From Hyperthermus butylicus DSM 5456 (GTDB lineage: Archaea; Thermoproteota; Thermoprotei_A; Sulfolobales; Pyrodictiaceae), in the NCBI RefSeq assembly GCF_000015145.1, contig NC_008818.1:870001-902000 (forward strand): a stretch of DNA of 32,000 bases, in the 5' to 3' direction. The notes beneath the pieces were generated by a model that was not told the DNA's origin, did not search any database, and worked only from the letters and a program-made list of their open reading frames with translations. The position numbers and the translations under genes were made by a program. The stretch's first letter is position 1, and each line of letters starts with the position of its first letter. Below are positions 16,931 through 26,599 of this stretch, piece by piece.

Positions 16931-17629
16931 GTGTGTAGCATGGGGTACGTTAGGTGGCTTGGCCACGCAGCCTTTGAGATAAGCATCGACGGCTACACTG
17001 TCCTCATCGACCCCTGGCTTACAAATCCATTATCGCCGGTAAAGGTTGAGGACTACCGCGACAAGGTAGACCTCATCATAGTAACCCACGACCATGGTGA
17101 CCATCTTGGCGAGAGCGTTGAACTGCTAAGGATTAACCGGCGTGCAAGGTTTGTAGCCGTATATGAGCTTGCAAACTATGTTGCTGAACAGCTTGGCGGT
17201 GCAACTGATAGAGTTATAGGGGCTAATATCGGTGGCCCAGTCCGCATCCCCGACATAAACCTTAAGGTCATGTTCTTCCCGGCAACGCACAGCTCTAGCC
17301 GTGGAACACCCACGGGTGTACTGATAGTAGGCAAGGAGACGAGCATATACCACGCAGGCGATACCGGCCTTGCAGCAGAGATGGCGCTTGTGGGCGAACT
17401 CTACAGCCCCAAAATAGCACTAGTGCCGATAGGTGGCCACTTCACGATGGATGCCTATCAGGCTGCTAAGGCTATAGAAATGCTTAGAGCCAAGGTGGTA
17501 ATCCCGATGCACTACAACACGTTCCCAGTAATCAGGGCCGACCCAGAAGAGCTAAAGAGGTATGTGGATGAGTTCAAGCTGGATGCCAAGGTTGTAGTGC
17601 TCAAGCCTGGCGAGCTATACCAGTTCTAG
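16931..17629 (+). CDS. Metallo-beta-lactamase-fold hydrolase (UPF0173 family)
   Basis: 232 aa; WLGHAAFEISIDGYTVLIDPWLTNPLSP, VTHDHGDHLG, YHAGDTGL, IPMHYNTFP. Confidence 0.92.
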   Translation: MCSMGYVRWLGHAAFEISIDGYTVLIDPWLTNPLSPVKVEDYRDKVDLIIVTHDHGDHLGESVELLRINRRARFVAVYELANYVAEQLGGATDRVIGANIGGPVRIPDINLKVMFFPATHSSSRGTPTGVLIVGKETSIYHAGDTGLAAEMALVGELYSPKIALVPIGGHFTMDAYQAAKAIEMLRAKVVIPMHYNTFPVIRADPEELKRYVDEFKLDAKVVVLKPGELYQF

Positions 17630-17706
17630 CCTATACAGTCACAACAATACCCCATAAGTCTATTTTTACGTCTAACCAACCTCCTCCCGCCAAGGGCTTC
17701 AGTATC

Positions 17707-19203
17707 TTGCAAGGCAAGATACCGGTTTCAGAATCTGAACATAAGCTCCTAGAGCTACTAGTCGGCCGCGTCGAGGCTGGTAGAGAATATGACACTGAGA
17801 CCTTGGCGGAGCTGGCTGGGCTTGATAGGAGCAAGGTAGAGTCACTGGTTAGGCTCCTAGCAGAGAAGGGGCTTGTTAGGCTCCGCGAGGAAACTATGGA
17901 GAAGTACGTTGCGACCGAGGAGGCTAAGCGTTATCTACGCGAAGGGTTTCCCGAGGAGAAGCTTGTAAAGATCCTAGCTGGGGCCGGCGGCGAGGCGAGG
18001 CTGGATGAACTCCGTAACGCTATGGGCCAGGAACTCTCCATAGCGCTCGCTAATGCTACGAGGAAGGGTTGGGTTGAGGTTCGCGGTGGCAGGGTTAGGC
18101 TTGTAGTGGACCCCTCTAAGGCTGTTGCCGAGGAGAGGAAGCTCCTAGAAAAGCTTGAGATTGGAGAGCGGCTTCAGCCCAGTGAGTTTCGCCTACTGCG
18201 ACGGAGAAGGTTAGTGGAACGCCTAGCTGAAAGGAGAACTATCGTTGTGTTCCCAGAGGCTCCAGAGAAGCTGCTAGAGCAGGTCGTCGTTGAGGTTGGT
18301 GCACTTACACGTGACCTCATAGCTTCGGGGCGTTGGAGAACGGTTCGCCTAAGGAGATACAATGTAGCGGCTGAGCCCCCCAGGCGGCGGCTCGGCAGGC
18401 TAAACTTCTTCGTAGAGTTCATAGAGTATCTGCGCGACGTAATGAAGGAGATGGGATTCCAAGAGGTTGATGATGCTCCAGTGGAGCTAGAGTTCTGGAA
18501 CTATGACGTGTTGTACCAGCCGCAGTATCATCCTGCGAGAAGCCCTACCGACACCTTCTACTTGAGCAACCCCTCCCGGGGCGAGCTGCCGAGCGAGCTT
18601 ACTCCAAGGGTGGCTGAAGCGCATGAAAAGGGGCTTGCGGGCAGCAGGGGCTGGAGGTACCGGTGGAGTCAGGAGCTTGCTGCGAGGCTGATACTGCGTA
18701 GCCACACCACAGCCGTGTCAGCGCGTGTGCTAGCCTCCAAGCCTAGGCCGCCATTCCGCTTCTTCACCATAGGCCGCGTCTACCGTGTAGAGACGATTGA
18801 CCCAAGGCATTTGCCTGAGTTCCACCAGCTGGATGGTATAGCGAGCGAGGACGGTGTTAGCCTACGCTGGCTACTTGGCCTCCTAGCAGAATTCCTGGAG
18901 CGTATCGGGATAAGGGAATACAAGTTTAGGCCAGCCTACTTTCCCTTTACCGAGCCCTCAGTCGAGGCCTACGTGAGGGTTCGCGATCAGTGGCTTGAGG
19001 TTCTAGGTGCAGGACTGTTTAGGCCGGAAATGTTGGCAGCTCTAGGCATAGACTATCCTGTAGCAGCATGGGGCATGGGTATTGAGAGGCTTGCAATGGC
19101 ACTCTACGACCTCACAGATATTAGGCAGCTGTACTCGCACGATGTCGAATTTCTCGAGAATATACCTGTAAGGTGGTGGATCTATGCCAGTTCTCAGATT
19201 TAA
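17707..19203 (+). CDS. pheS: Phenylalanyl-tRNA synthetase alpha subunit
   Basis: 498 aa; class II core PQYHPARSPTDTFYLSNPSRG, FRFFTIGRVYRVETIDPRHLPEFHQLDGIAS, AWGMGIERLAMALYDLTDIRQLYSHDVEFL. Confidence 0.97.
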   Translation: MQGKIPVSESEHKLLELLVGRVEAGREYDTETLAELAGLDRSKVESLVRLLAEKGLVRLREETMEKYVATEEAKRYLREGFPEEKLVKILAGAGGEARLDELRNAMGQELSIALANATRKGWVEVRGGRVRLVVDPSKAVAEERKLLEKLEIGERLQPSEFRLLRRRRLVERLAERRTIVVFPEAPEKLLEQVVVEVGALTRDLIASGRWRTVRLRRYNVAAEPPRRRLGRLNFFVEFIEYLRDVMKEMGFQEVDDAPVELEFWNYDVLYQPQYHPARSPTDTFYLSNPSRGELPSELTPRVAEAHEKGLAGSRGWRYRWSQELAARLILRSHTTAVSARVLASKPRPPFRFFTIGRVYRVETIDPRHLPEFHQLDGIASEDGVSLRWLLGLLAEFLERIGIREYKFRPAYFPFTEPSVEAYVRVRDQWLEVLGAGLFRPEMLAALGIDYPVAAWGMGIERLAMALYDLTDIRQLYSHDVEFLENIPVRWWIYASSQI

Positions 19204-20854
19204 GCCCGGTAGGGTGGAGGAGGTCATAGGAGTACAGCTCGACCAGGCATTGAAGCTAATGGAGAGGTTAAAGATCGAGGTTGAAATAGACGAGGAAGGT
19301 TACGTGGTAGCAGAGCTAGAGGTAGACCGGCCCGACATGTATAGCCTAGAGGGTATCGGTCGCCAGGTCAAAGGCTTGTTGGGGGTAGAGAGGGGGCTTC
19401 CCCGCTACAACATCGTCGAGACAGACTATAGGATCGTAGCAGATGATGTACCCACGAGACCCTATGTCCTTGGTGCAATAGTATGGGACGTTGATGTTGA
19501 CGAGGACTTCTTAGAGGAGCTAATACAGTTCCAGGAAAAGCTACACGTAAGCCATGGAGATAAGAGGCGTAGGGTCGCAATAGGTCTCCACGATCTCGAC
19601 AAGCTTCCGGGCAAGACTATCCACTACAAGTTCGAGCATGTGGACATGGTGAGGTTTACACCGCTGCACGGCGATAGGGAGATGAGCCTTAGGGAGGTGT
19701 TTAACGAGACACCTCAAGGCAGAGAGTATAGTGGCATAGCTCTTCAGGGCGATAGGCATCCCGTACTCTACGCTAACGGCGAGGTTATCAGTGTGCCACC
19801 AGTGATAAATGCGGAGCTTACAAAGGTTGAGCCTGGAACCCGTCACCTCTTCATTGATGTTACGGGGCCCGAGCTGGGCATTGTAGAGGATATCCTAGCC
19901 ATACTAGCTACAAACCTTGCTGAACGTAGCCGTACAAAGAGGATAGGTCTTGTAAGGGTTGAAGCGCCATGGGGTAATCGTGTAGTACCAGGTCTTGAGC
20001 CTCACCGGTGGCGGCTCAGACTTGCAACTGTTGAGAGAGTCATAGGGTTGAAGCTCTCGGCGAACGAAGTCGCGCAAAAGCTTGAGGCTATGAGGTTTGG
20101 TGTGGTCGAGGTTGGAGGAGATTATGTGGACGTCCTGGTGCCCAGGTTTAGGATAGACATTATGCACGAGGTTGACCTGGCTGAAGAGGTAGCACTAGCA
20201 ATAGGCTTTGATGCCCTCAAACCTGAGAAGCCCAAACTGATGCTGCGTGGCGGTCTGCTACCCGTACGGGCATGGGAACGTGAAGCTAGGAAGCTCCTAG
20301 CAGGCCACGGCTACGTGGAGGTGAAAACCTATACTCTAGTCTCCTGCAGGGAGCAAGAAGCAGTAGGAGGTATACCGGCAGAGAAGCTTGTCAAGATAGC
20401 TAATCCCGTAAGCGTTGAGGCTGACTGTGTGCGGGCAACCATGCTGCCGAATCTCCTGCGTATTGCAGCTTCGAACCAGCATAGAATACCACTACGCATC
20501 TTCGAGTTGGGCGAGGTTGTCGAGGTAACAGGGGAAGGTGACCGTGGCGTGCGCTACGGCAGAAAGCTAGCAATACTATACATGGCGGACAAGGCTGGCT
20601 ACGAAGACATTCAAGCAGTGGTATATAGTATTGTGAGATTAACAAACGACGAAATAAGCGTGATAAAAGAGTATACACATCCACTCTTGATCCAGGGCAG
20701 GACAGCACTAGCCAAGACAAAGCGTGGACTAAGAATAATCATTGGGGAAGTTCGCCCAGAAATCCTAGAGCGTTATGGCATCGCGTACCCGATAGCTGTG
20801 GCTGAAATAGATTACACGGCGCTCGCAGGGGGTGCCGCTGTCCCCCGCCCCTAA
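19184..20854 (+). CDS. pheT: Phenylalanyl-tRNA synthetase beta subunit
   Basis: 556 aa; MPVLRFKPGRVEEVIG, EEGYVVAELEVDRPDMYSLEGIGRQVKG, ALGIDLVEEVALAIGFD-type core; start overlaps the pheS end by 20 nt. Confidence 0.96.
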   Translation: MPVLRFKPGRVEEVIGVQLDQALKLMERLKIEVEIDEEGYVVAELEVDRPDMYSLEGIGRQVKGLLGVERGLPRYNIVETDYRIVADDVPTRPYVLGAIVWDVDVDEDFLEELIQFQEKLHVSHGDKRRRVAIGLHDLDKLPGKTIHYKFEHVDMVRFTPLHGDREMSLREVFNETPQGREYSGIALQGDRHPVLYANGEVISVPPVINAELTKVEPGTRHLFIDVTGPELGIVEDILAILATNLAERSRTKRIGLVRVEAPWGNRVVPGLEPHRWRLRLATVERVIGLKLSANEVAQKLEAMRFGVVEVGGDYVDVLVPRFRIDIMHEVDLAEEVALAIGFDALKPEKPKLMLRGGLLPVRAWEREARKLLAGHGYVEVKTYTLVSCREQEAVGGIPAEKLVKIANPVSVEADCVRATMLPNLLRIAASNQHRIPLRIFELGEVVEVTGEGDRGVRYGRKLAILYMADKAGYEDIQAVVYSIVRLTNDEISVIKEYTHPLLIQGRTALAKTKRGLRIIIGEVRPEILERYGIAYPIAVAEIDYTALAGGAAVPRP

Positions 20855-20856
20855 CA

Positions 20857-20895
20857 CCCAGCCTCACAGACCCCGCGTGGGGGCCTCCGGCTGGG
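20857..20895 (+). terminator. Strong hairpin just after pheT (possible processing or termination element)
   Basis: CCCAGCC...CCCC gcgt GGGG...GGCTGGG nested stems begin 3 nt after the pheT stop codon. No downstream oligo-T tract, so a termination role is uncertain. Confidence 0.35.
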
Positions 20896-20970
20896 CTCTT
20901 ATAGGCGGGAGTAACGGGGCGGCGCGGCACCCCCAGACAGTTAGCTGCATGTTTAGGATTGCACACCCTC

Positions 20971-20985
20971 CCCGGATATATTTAT
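20971..20985 (+). promoter_or_regulatory. Putative TATA box of tyrS
   Basis: CCCGGATATATTTATCAG, about 85 nt upstream of the ATG at 21061, implying a leader of roughly 55-60 nt. Confidence 0.45.
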
Positions 20986-21060
20986 CAGAGCCTATTTTCA
21001 GGGCTGCAACCGAGCAGCTCTCTCAGCAAAGGTCACAATTACGGCCTAGGTGTAGGGTCT

Positions 21061-22149
21061 ATGGATGTGGAGGAAAGGCTAAAGCTCATCACGAGGAACA
21101 CTGTTGAAGTTGTAACAGTTGAAGAGCTAAGGGAGAAGCTTGAGTCTGGCGAGAAGCTAAAGGGTTACATAGGCTTCGAGCCCAGCGGACTCTTCCACAT
21201 AGGCTGGCTAGTATGGGCCTTTAAGGTAAAAGACATGGTTGAAGCAGGTATCGACTTCTACCTGCTGGCAGCCACCTGGCACGCTTGGATCAACGACAAG
21301 TTTGGAGGTAATATGGAGCTGATAAGAAAAGCTGCTCGTCACGTAGTAGATGTTCTCGAAGCAATAGGTGTTGAGAGGTCAAAAGTAAAAGTCGTCGATG
21401 CCGAGGATCTCGTATCCGATAAGGAGTACTGGGCTATACTGCTAAAGGTTGCAAAGTCTAACACTCTTGCACGTATGAAGCGAGCGCTAACCATAATGGG
21501 TAGGCGTGCTGAGGAGGCTGAGCTAGACTTCTCAAAGCTAATCTACCCAGCAATGCAGGTTACCGACATCTTCTACCTTGACCTGGACATAGCGTTGGGT
21601 GGTATAGACCAGAGAAAGGCTCACATGCTTGCAAGAGACACAGCGGAGAAGCTGGGCAGGAAGAAGGTCATAGCGGTACATACACCACTCATAACGAGCC
21701 TACAGGGCCTGGGCAGGATGAATCCCGACCAGGTAGACGAGGAGACTCATGCTGTCGAGTTTAAGATGAGTAAGTCTAAGCCAGAGACAGCACTCTTTGT
21801 CTACGATCCGCCCGAAGAGATAGAGAGAAAGATACTGAGAGCATATTGTCCAGCTCGCATAGTGAGGTACAATCCGATAATAGAGATAAACAAGTACCTC
21901 CTCTTCAGCAGGCCAGGATTCAAGCTGGTGGTTGAGAGGCCTGAGAAGTACGGCGGGACGGTAGTGATTGAGAGCTATGAGGAACTCGAGAAGCTCTACG
22001 TGGAGGGCAAGCTCCACCCACTAGACCTCAAGAAGGCTACAGCTAAGGCATTGATAGAGCTACTTGAACCCGTGAGACGGTACTTTGAGTCCAATCGGGA
22101 GGCGCGCGAACTACTAGAAGAACTAAAAAAGGCTACGGTGACGAGGTAA
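21061..22149 (+). CDS. tyrS: Tyrosyl-tRNA synthetase
   Basis: Archaeal TyrRS: GYIGFEPSGLFHIGWLVWAFKVKDMVEAG, QVTDIFYLDLDIALGGIDQRKAHMLARD, FKMSKSKPETALFVYD. The ORF is open from 20959, but MDVEERLKLI at 21061 is the expected start. Confidence 0.95.
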   Translation: MDVEERLKLITRNTVEVVTVEELREKLESGEKLKGYIGFEPSGLFHIGWLVWAFKVKDMVEAGIDFYLLAATWHAWINDKFGGNMELIRKAARHVVDVLEAIGVERSKVKVVDAEDLVSDKEYWAILLKVAKSNTLARMKRALTIMGRRAEEAELDFSKLIYPAMQVTDIFYLDLDIALGGIDQRKAHMLARDTAEKLGRKKVIAVHTPLITSLQGLGRMNPDQVDEETHAVEFKMSKSKPETALFVYDPPEEIERKILRAYCPARIVRYNPIIEINKYLLFSRPGFKLVVERPEKYGGTVVIESYEELEKLYVEGKLHPLDLKKATAKALIELLEPVRRYFESNREARELLEELKKATVTR

Positions 22150-22267
22150 CGAAGTTGGTAGGATAGAGCCCTAAACTTAGGCTGGGCTGTGCAGTACTGG
22201 AGGCAGATATGCTGGCTAGCTATACTCAACAGTCTTTGACTGGGAAGCGTAAGGTGCTGTAGGGAAG

Positions 22268-23557
22268 GTGACAGCGTTGAAGTACTTGATAAAGGCTAAG
22301 ATAGAGGTTGAGGGGCTCGTAGATAGGCATGACATTATAGGTGCTATTTTCGGTCAGACAGAGAACCTATTCGGCGAAGAGTTTGACCTCAGAAAGCTAC
22401 AAGATAGAGGACGTATTGGCAGAGTGCAGGTAGATATAAAACACGAGGGTACACGCACGATTGGAGAGGTTGTTGTTCCCTCAAACCTTGATAGAGTTGA
22501 GACTGCACTAGTAGCAGCAATGTTGGAGTCGGTCGAGAAGGTTGGTCCCTACAAGGCGCAGATAAGGGTCTACGACATAGTTGATGTTAGAGCGCAGAAG
22601 ATTAAACGTATCGTTGAGAGGGCAAAGGAGATCCTTAGGATATGGTCGCTGGAAAAGACTCCAGATCTGCGCGAGGTTCTGCGTGAGATTAGCGAGGCTG
22701 TCAAGCGTGCAGAGGTCATAGAGTATGGGCCGGAAAGACTCCCGGCAGGTCCGGATGTGGATAAAAGCGATGAGATAATAATTGTCGAGGGGCGTGCTGA
22801 CGTAATTAACTTGTTGAGGTATGGCTATAGAAACGTTATCGCCCTTGAGGGTGCTAGGGGCAAGATACCAGAGACTATAATCAAGCTCGCTAAGACGAAG
22901 AAAGCCATAGCATTCGTCGACGGCGACCATGGTGGCGACTTGATTCTCTGGGAGCTGTTAAAGGTTGCAGACATAGACTATGTTGCTAAGGCTCCGCCGG
23001 GTAAAGAGGTTGAGGAGCTAACGGGCAAGGAGATTGCTAGGGCTCTCAGAAACCTCATACCAGCCAGGGAGTATCTGCAGATCCTTGAGAGAAAGTTCAA
23101 ACCAAAGCCAGCTGTAGAGGAGAGACCTCAGCCCCCGCAGCCACAGCCGCCAGCTGTGCAGCCAGTACAGCCTACTCTGCAGCCGACAGTAACTACTGTC
23201 GAGGTGGTGCGTGAGGCTAAGCCTGAGAAGCCTACGGTGCAAGTTGAGGTTGAGACCTTTGAGATACCACCTAGCGTTATAGAGGAGGTTAAGAAACTGA
23301 GTGGAACGCTTGAAGCAGTACTATATGATAGCAAGTGGAATCCTATAGAGAGAGTGTCAGTGCGTGACGTCTACAACGTACTAGAGAAGATGGAGCCGGG
23401 TAAGGTCTATGCTGTAGCCTATGATGGAATTGTTACACAGCGTATGCTGGATATTGCTGCGGAGAAGCAAGTGAGGCTTCTCATAGCTAACAGGATAGGC
23501 AATATTGAGAAGAGGCCGCCCAAGGTTGGGATACTAACATTTAGCGACCTAACATGA
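22268..23557 (+). CDS. dnaG: Archaeal DnaG-like primase
   Basis: 429 aa; KYLIKAKIEVEGLVDRHDIIGAIFGQTENLFGEEFDLRKLQDRGRIGRVQV and Toprim DEIIIVEGRADVINLLRYGYRNVIALEGA...IAFVDGDHGGDLI. Confidence 0.96.
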   Translation: MTALKYLIKAKIEVEGLVDRHDIIGAIFGQTENLFGEEFDLRKLQDRGRIGRVQVDIKHEGTRTIGEVVVPSNLDRVETALVAAMLESVEKVGPYKAQIRVYDIVDVRAQKIKRIVERAKEILRIWSLEKTPDLREVLREISEAVKRAEVIEYGPERLPAGPDVDKSDEIIIVEGRADVINLLRYGYRNVIALEGARGKIPETIIKLAKTKKAIAFVDGDHGGDLILWELLKVADIDYVAKAPPGKEVEELTGKEIARALRNLIPAREYLQILERKFKPKPAVEERPQPPQPQPPAVQPVQPTLQPTVTTVEVVREAKPEKPTVQVEVETFEIPPSVIEEVKKLSGTLEAVLYDSKWNPIERVSVRDVYNVLEKMEPGKVYAVAYDGIVTQRMLDIAAEKQVRLLIANRIGNIEKRPPKVGILTFSDLT

Positions 23558-23562
23558 TGCCA

Positions 23563-24699
23563 TTATGGTACGTATATGTTCGGAGCTATGAGGGCTAAGG
23601 TAAAAGCTGAGACGAGAACTGTGACTGTCATGCCTAGTTTTTCACCTAGAACCCTTATGGTTACACTTCTCAATACTTGTGCACCATCAGTTACAAATAT
23701 TGGTACAGCATTAATCAATGCAAGGCCTAGATTTGCAGTCAGTGCGAGGTTAAGTACAATGTTTAGTATATAGGCGATGTATGGGCTAAATCCGAGTTCT
23801 GCAAGGCTTATAGGTACCTCTGCAAGACTTATTCCTATTCTCTCAGCGCCAACGGGTTTTGTCACGTTTACTATTTCGCCGTTCCATAGCACTATTGTCA
23901 GCGATAGTGAGACATTTTCTGGTCCTTTTCCCTGGTAGAGGGTGTGGAGAGTCTCTACGAACTCTGACAGACTTGTAGTCTCTGTTCCATTGACATATAT
24001 GGCTTTTACTAGGGTATTGGCGGGTAGGCCGCTTGCAGCTGCGGGAGATCCCGGTTCAACATCTACTATGGCTAGTGCGAAGCCACTTGCAGCTAGCGTG
24101 TTTAGCAATGCTATGAATAATAGCGCTAAGACCGTGTTTGCTAGTATGCCAGCAGAGTATATCCTCAGCTTGCTTCGGAGGTGCGCCCGGAGAAGCTGCT
24201 CTTCATCCGGCTCAACAAAGGCAGCGGGTATGAGGCCTAGTGCTACGAGAAAACCGGCAGACTTGACTTCAACACCTTCATAGCGTGCTGCTAGTGCGTG
24301 TAGAAGCTCGTGAGCTATTACGGCGAGTGAGAGGCCTGGTAATAGGTAGAGGAAGGTCTCAACGCTTATTGTTAGCCCGGGTATTATAGGGACTAATGGT
24401 GCTGTCCCGGCTGCCTCCGCGCGTGTCAGAAGTAGTATGAGCCTCCGGGCTAGAATGTAGTAGAAAAAGCCTGCAAGCAAGACAGTGGCAGCAATGCCAG
24501 CATCAAGCAAGTAGCCTACAAGCCTATAGCGTCTAAGCTTCTCAAACACCTCAAATCTGCGCGAGATCTTTATCACAACTGCTAGCGAGCTTATCGAAAC
24601 CCTATCCCCCAGTCTCCCCGCGGCAATCCTAGACGCTGCGAACGTCACTACAAGCCATACAGTAAGATATGCCGCAAGTAGCTCTACCGTGCTAGCCAA
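23563..24699 (-). CDS. M50 site-2 protease-like membrane metalloprotease with PDZ domain
   Basis: 378 aa polytopic; HEXXH in LSLAVIAHELLHALAARYEGVEVKSAG, PDZ-like VEPGSPAASAGLPANTLVKAIYVNG, C-terminal NAVPIFVTDGAQVLR. Confidence 0.9.
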   Translation of the reverse strand: MASTVELLAAYLTVWLVVTFAASRIAAGRLGDRVSISSLAVVIKISRRFEVFEKLRRYRLVGYLLDAGIAATVLLAGFFYYILARRLILLLTRAEAAGTAPLVPIIPGLTISVETFLYLLPGLSLAVIAHELLHALAARYEGVEVKSAGFLVALGLIPAAFVEPDEEQLLRAHLRSKLRIYSAGILANTVLALLFIALLNTLAASGFALAIVDVEPGSPAAASGLPANTLVKAIYVNGTETTSLSEFVETLHTLYQGKGPENVSLSLTIVLWNGEIVNVTKPVGAERIGISLAEVPISLAELGFSPYIAYILNIVLNLALTANLGLALINAVPIFVTDGAQVLRSVTIRVLGEKLGMTVTVLVSAFTLALIAPNIYVP

Positions 24700-24802
24700 G
24701 ACCTCACCTGCCGTAACCTGCGTAACCTCTATCAGCGGAAAATTAAGCCTACACCTAGCACTGACCTAGAGGGCTGCAATTCTGGGAGGACGCGGGGGAG
24801 GC

Positions 24803-25534
24803 ATGGTTAGGGAGAAGGTTGAGAGGAGGGGCGAGTACCGCTACGTAGTTTACGATGATGAGCATTGGAGGTTGCTAGGTCAGCTTCGTGAAGAAGCAGC
24901 CCGTATTATGAAGCCCCTCCGCGAGGCGGGGCTAGCACCAATAATCCATGGCAGTATTGCTCGGGGGGATGTACACCCGGGCAGTGATATAGATGTACTT
25001 ATACCGTCCATAGTTCCATCATACCTCGTCGAGCTTGCGCTTGAGAGAGCTGGCTTAAGACCAGCATACAAGCTCGTAGTGCAAGCTACGCCCCAAAGCA
25101 CACCGAAGGCCTACATAGTGTTAGATGTTGAAGAGAAGCGGGTAGTATCGTTTCCACTAGCAAAGCTATCCAAAACCGAGTACGAGTTCTACTATTTCGG
25201 AGGTGCGCTAAGCTACGAGGAACTCGTTGATGGTAAACGTGTGCCAGGCGTGGATAAGAGGCTTGTCCTAATAGAGCCAACTAGTGAGGGGCACCGGGAA
25301 TCTCCCGTCATGGGCAGAGAGGCTGAGGTCGCAAGAATTGTTGGTGTTAGTGTGGAAACCGTGCTTGAGCGTGTTCGGGTCCTAACACGCCGTGATGAGC
25401 TTGGTAGAACCGGGGTATTCGTCAAGGTTGAACTCGAGCCTTGGGAGTCCGTTGAGGAGGCGGTACTACGCATAGCGCGGGAAAACCCATTGTTTAGACG
25501 CGCGCTACGCGTCAAGGGATCGCCCTTGATCTAG
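24803..25534 (+). CDS. Nucleotidyltransferase-fold protein
   Basis: 243 aa; Pol-beta/MNT motif HGSIARGDVHPGSDIDVLI. Confidence 0.88.
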   Translation: MVREKVERRGEYRYVVYDDEHWRLLGQLREEAARIMKPLREAGLAPIIHGSIARGDVHPGSDIDVLIPSIVPSYLVELALERAGLRPAYKLVVQATPQSTPKAYIVLDVEEKRVVSFPLAKLSKTEYEFYYFGGALSYEELVDGKRVPGVDKRLVLIEPTSEGHRESPVMGREAEVARIVGVSVETVLERVRVLTRRDELGRTGVFVKVELEPWESVEEAVLRIARENPLFRRALRVKGSPLI

Positions 25535-25549
25535 GAGGGCGAAGCTGGT

Positions 25550-26599
25550 GTGGTCCCAGCTGCTCCGAGACGCGTATACCGTGTAGACGGTGTGTATGTC
25601 CTTCTGGGTGTGCTTCCAAGGGGCTGTAGGCTCTGTATAGAGGGTGCTAAGCTTGTAGTATTCGTTACCGGGCTATGCGATGAAAGGTGCTTCTACTGTC
25701 CCGTATCGAGTGCTAAGCTATACCGCGACGTTATCTACGCTGACGAGGAGCTTGTGAAGAGACTCGAGGATATAATCGACGAGGCATACTCCATAGGTGC
25801 TGATGGGGCAAGCATAACTGGTGGAGATCCGCTCGTAGTACTAGACAGGACTATGAGGGTTATAAAGACGCTAAAGACTGTGTTCGGGCCCGATTTTCAC
25901 ATACACCTCTACACAAGTGGTCGCTACGCTACAGCTGATACGCTGAGAGAGCTGGAACGTGCAGGCCTTGACGAGATAAGGTTCCACATTGTCAACTGGA
26001 GTTGGGGGCTTGAGAGGCTCCGTAGAGCCCTAGAGGTCGTTAAGCATATGGATGTTGGGGTCGAAGTGCCAGTCTTCCCAGACCGGGTTGAGGAGTTGAA
26101 AAGGCTTATACTAGAGCTTGACAAGATGGGTGTAAGCTTCGTAAACCTTAACGAACTCGAGGTCTCAGAGAGAAATATCCATGACCTCCTCCTAAGAGGT
26201 TACCGGGTATCTCCTAACAAGCCAATTGTTTATGGTAGTGAGGAGGCTGCCGTAGAGATCGTTGAGTGGGCAACCCGTATGGGTGTTAGGCTAACCGTAC
26301 ACTACTGCCCTGCAAGGTATAAGGATAGAGTTCAGATGAGGATCAGGCTTATACGTAAAGCTATAAGGCTTGCGAAACCCTATCAGAGAGTTACGCCGAG
26401 CGGCATGTTAGAGTATGCAGTGATCCCGGAGGATAGGGCTCCTAGACAGTGGGGCGAGCTTCTAGAAAGGCTAAAGGTGGGATATGCTGGTCCCGCCTCG
26501 CTGGCAGAGATGGTGCCCAGTGCAAGAATAGTGCGCGTCTACCCATCCCGTAGACTAGCCTCCCGTCTCCCCAGCGAAGTTGATAGCATAGCGGAGTAA
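25550..26599 (+). CDS. Radical SAM protein of unknown function (related to pyruvate formate-lyase activating enzymes)
   Basis: 349 aa, GTG start preceded by GGAGGG; CxxxCxxC motif in TGLCDERCFYCPVSS, SITGGDPL glycine-rich motif, extra cysteines (RGCRLCIEG, HYCPARYKD). Confidence 0.9.
   Translation: MVPAAPRRVYRVDGVYVLLGVLPRGCRLCIEGAKLVVFVTGLCDERCFYCPVSSAKLYRDVIYADEELVKRLEDIIDEAYSIGADGASITGGDPLVVLDRTMRVIKTLKTVFGPDFHIHLYTSGRYATADTLRELERAGLDEIRFHIVNWSWGLERLRRALEVVKHMDVGVEVPVFPDRVEELKRLILELDKMGVSFVNLNELEVSERNIHDLLLRGYRVSPNKPIVYGSEEAAVEIVEWATRMGVRLTVHYCPARYKDRVQMRIRLIRKAIRLAKPYQRVTPSGMLEYAVIPEDRAPRQWGELLERLKVGYAGPASLAEMVPSARIVRVYPSRRLASRLPSEVDSIAE

Noticed and set aside
20959-21060. 34-residue N-terminal extension of TyrRS
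   Set aside because: The extension (MHTLPGYIYQSLFSGLQPSSSLSKGHNYGLGVGS) contains the putative TATA box and is unlike TyrRS N-termini; ATG at 21061 fits the family.
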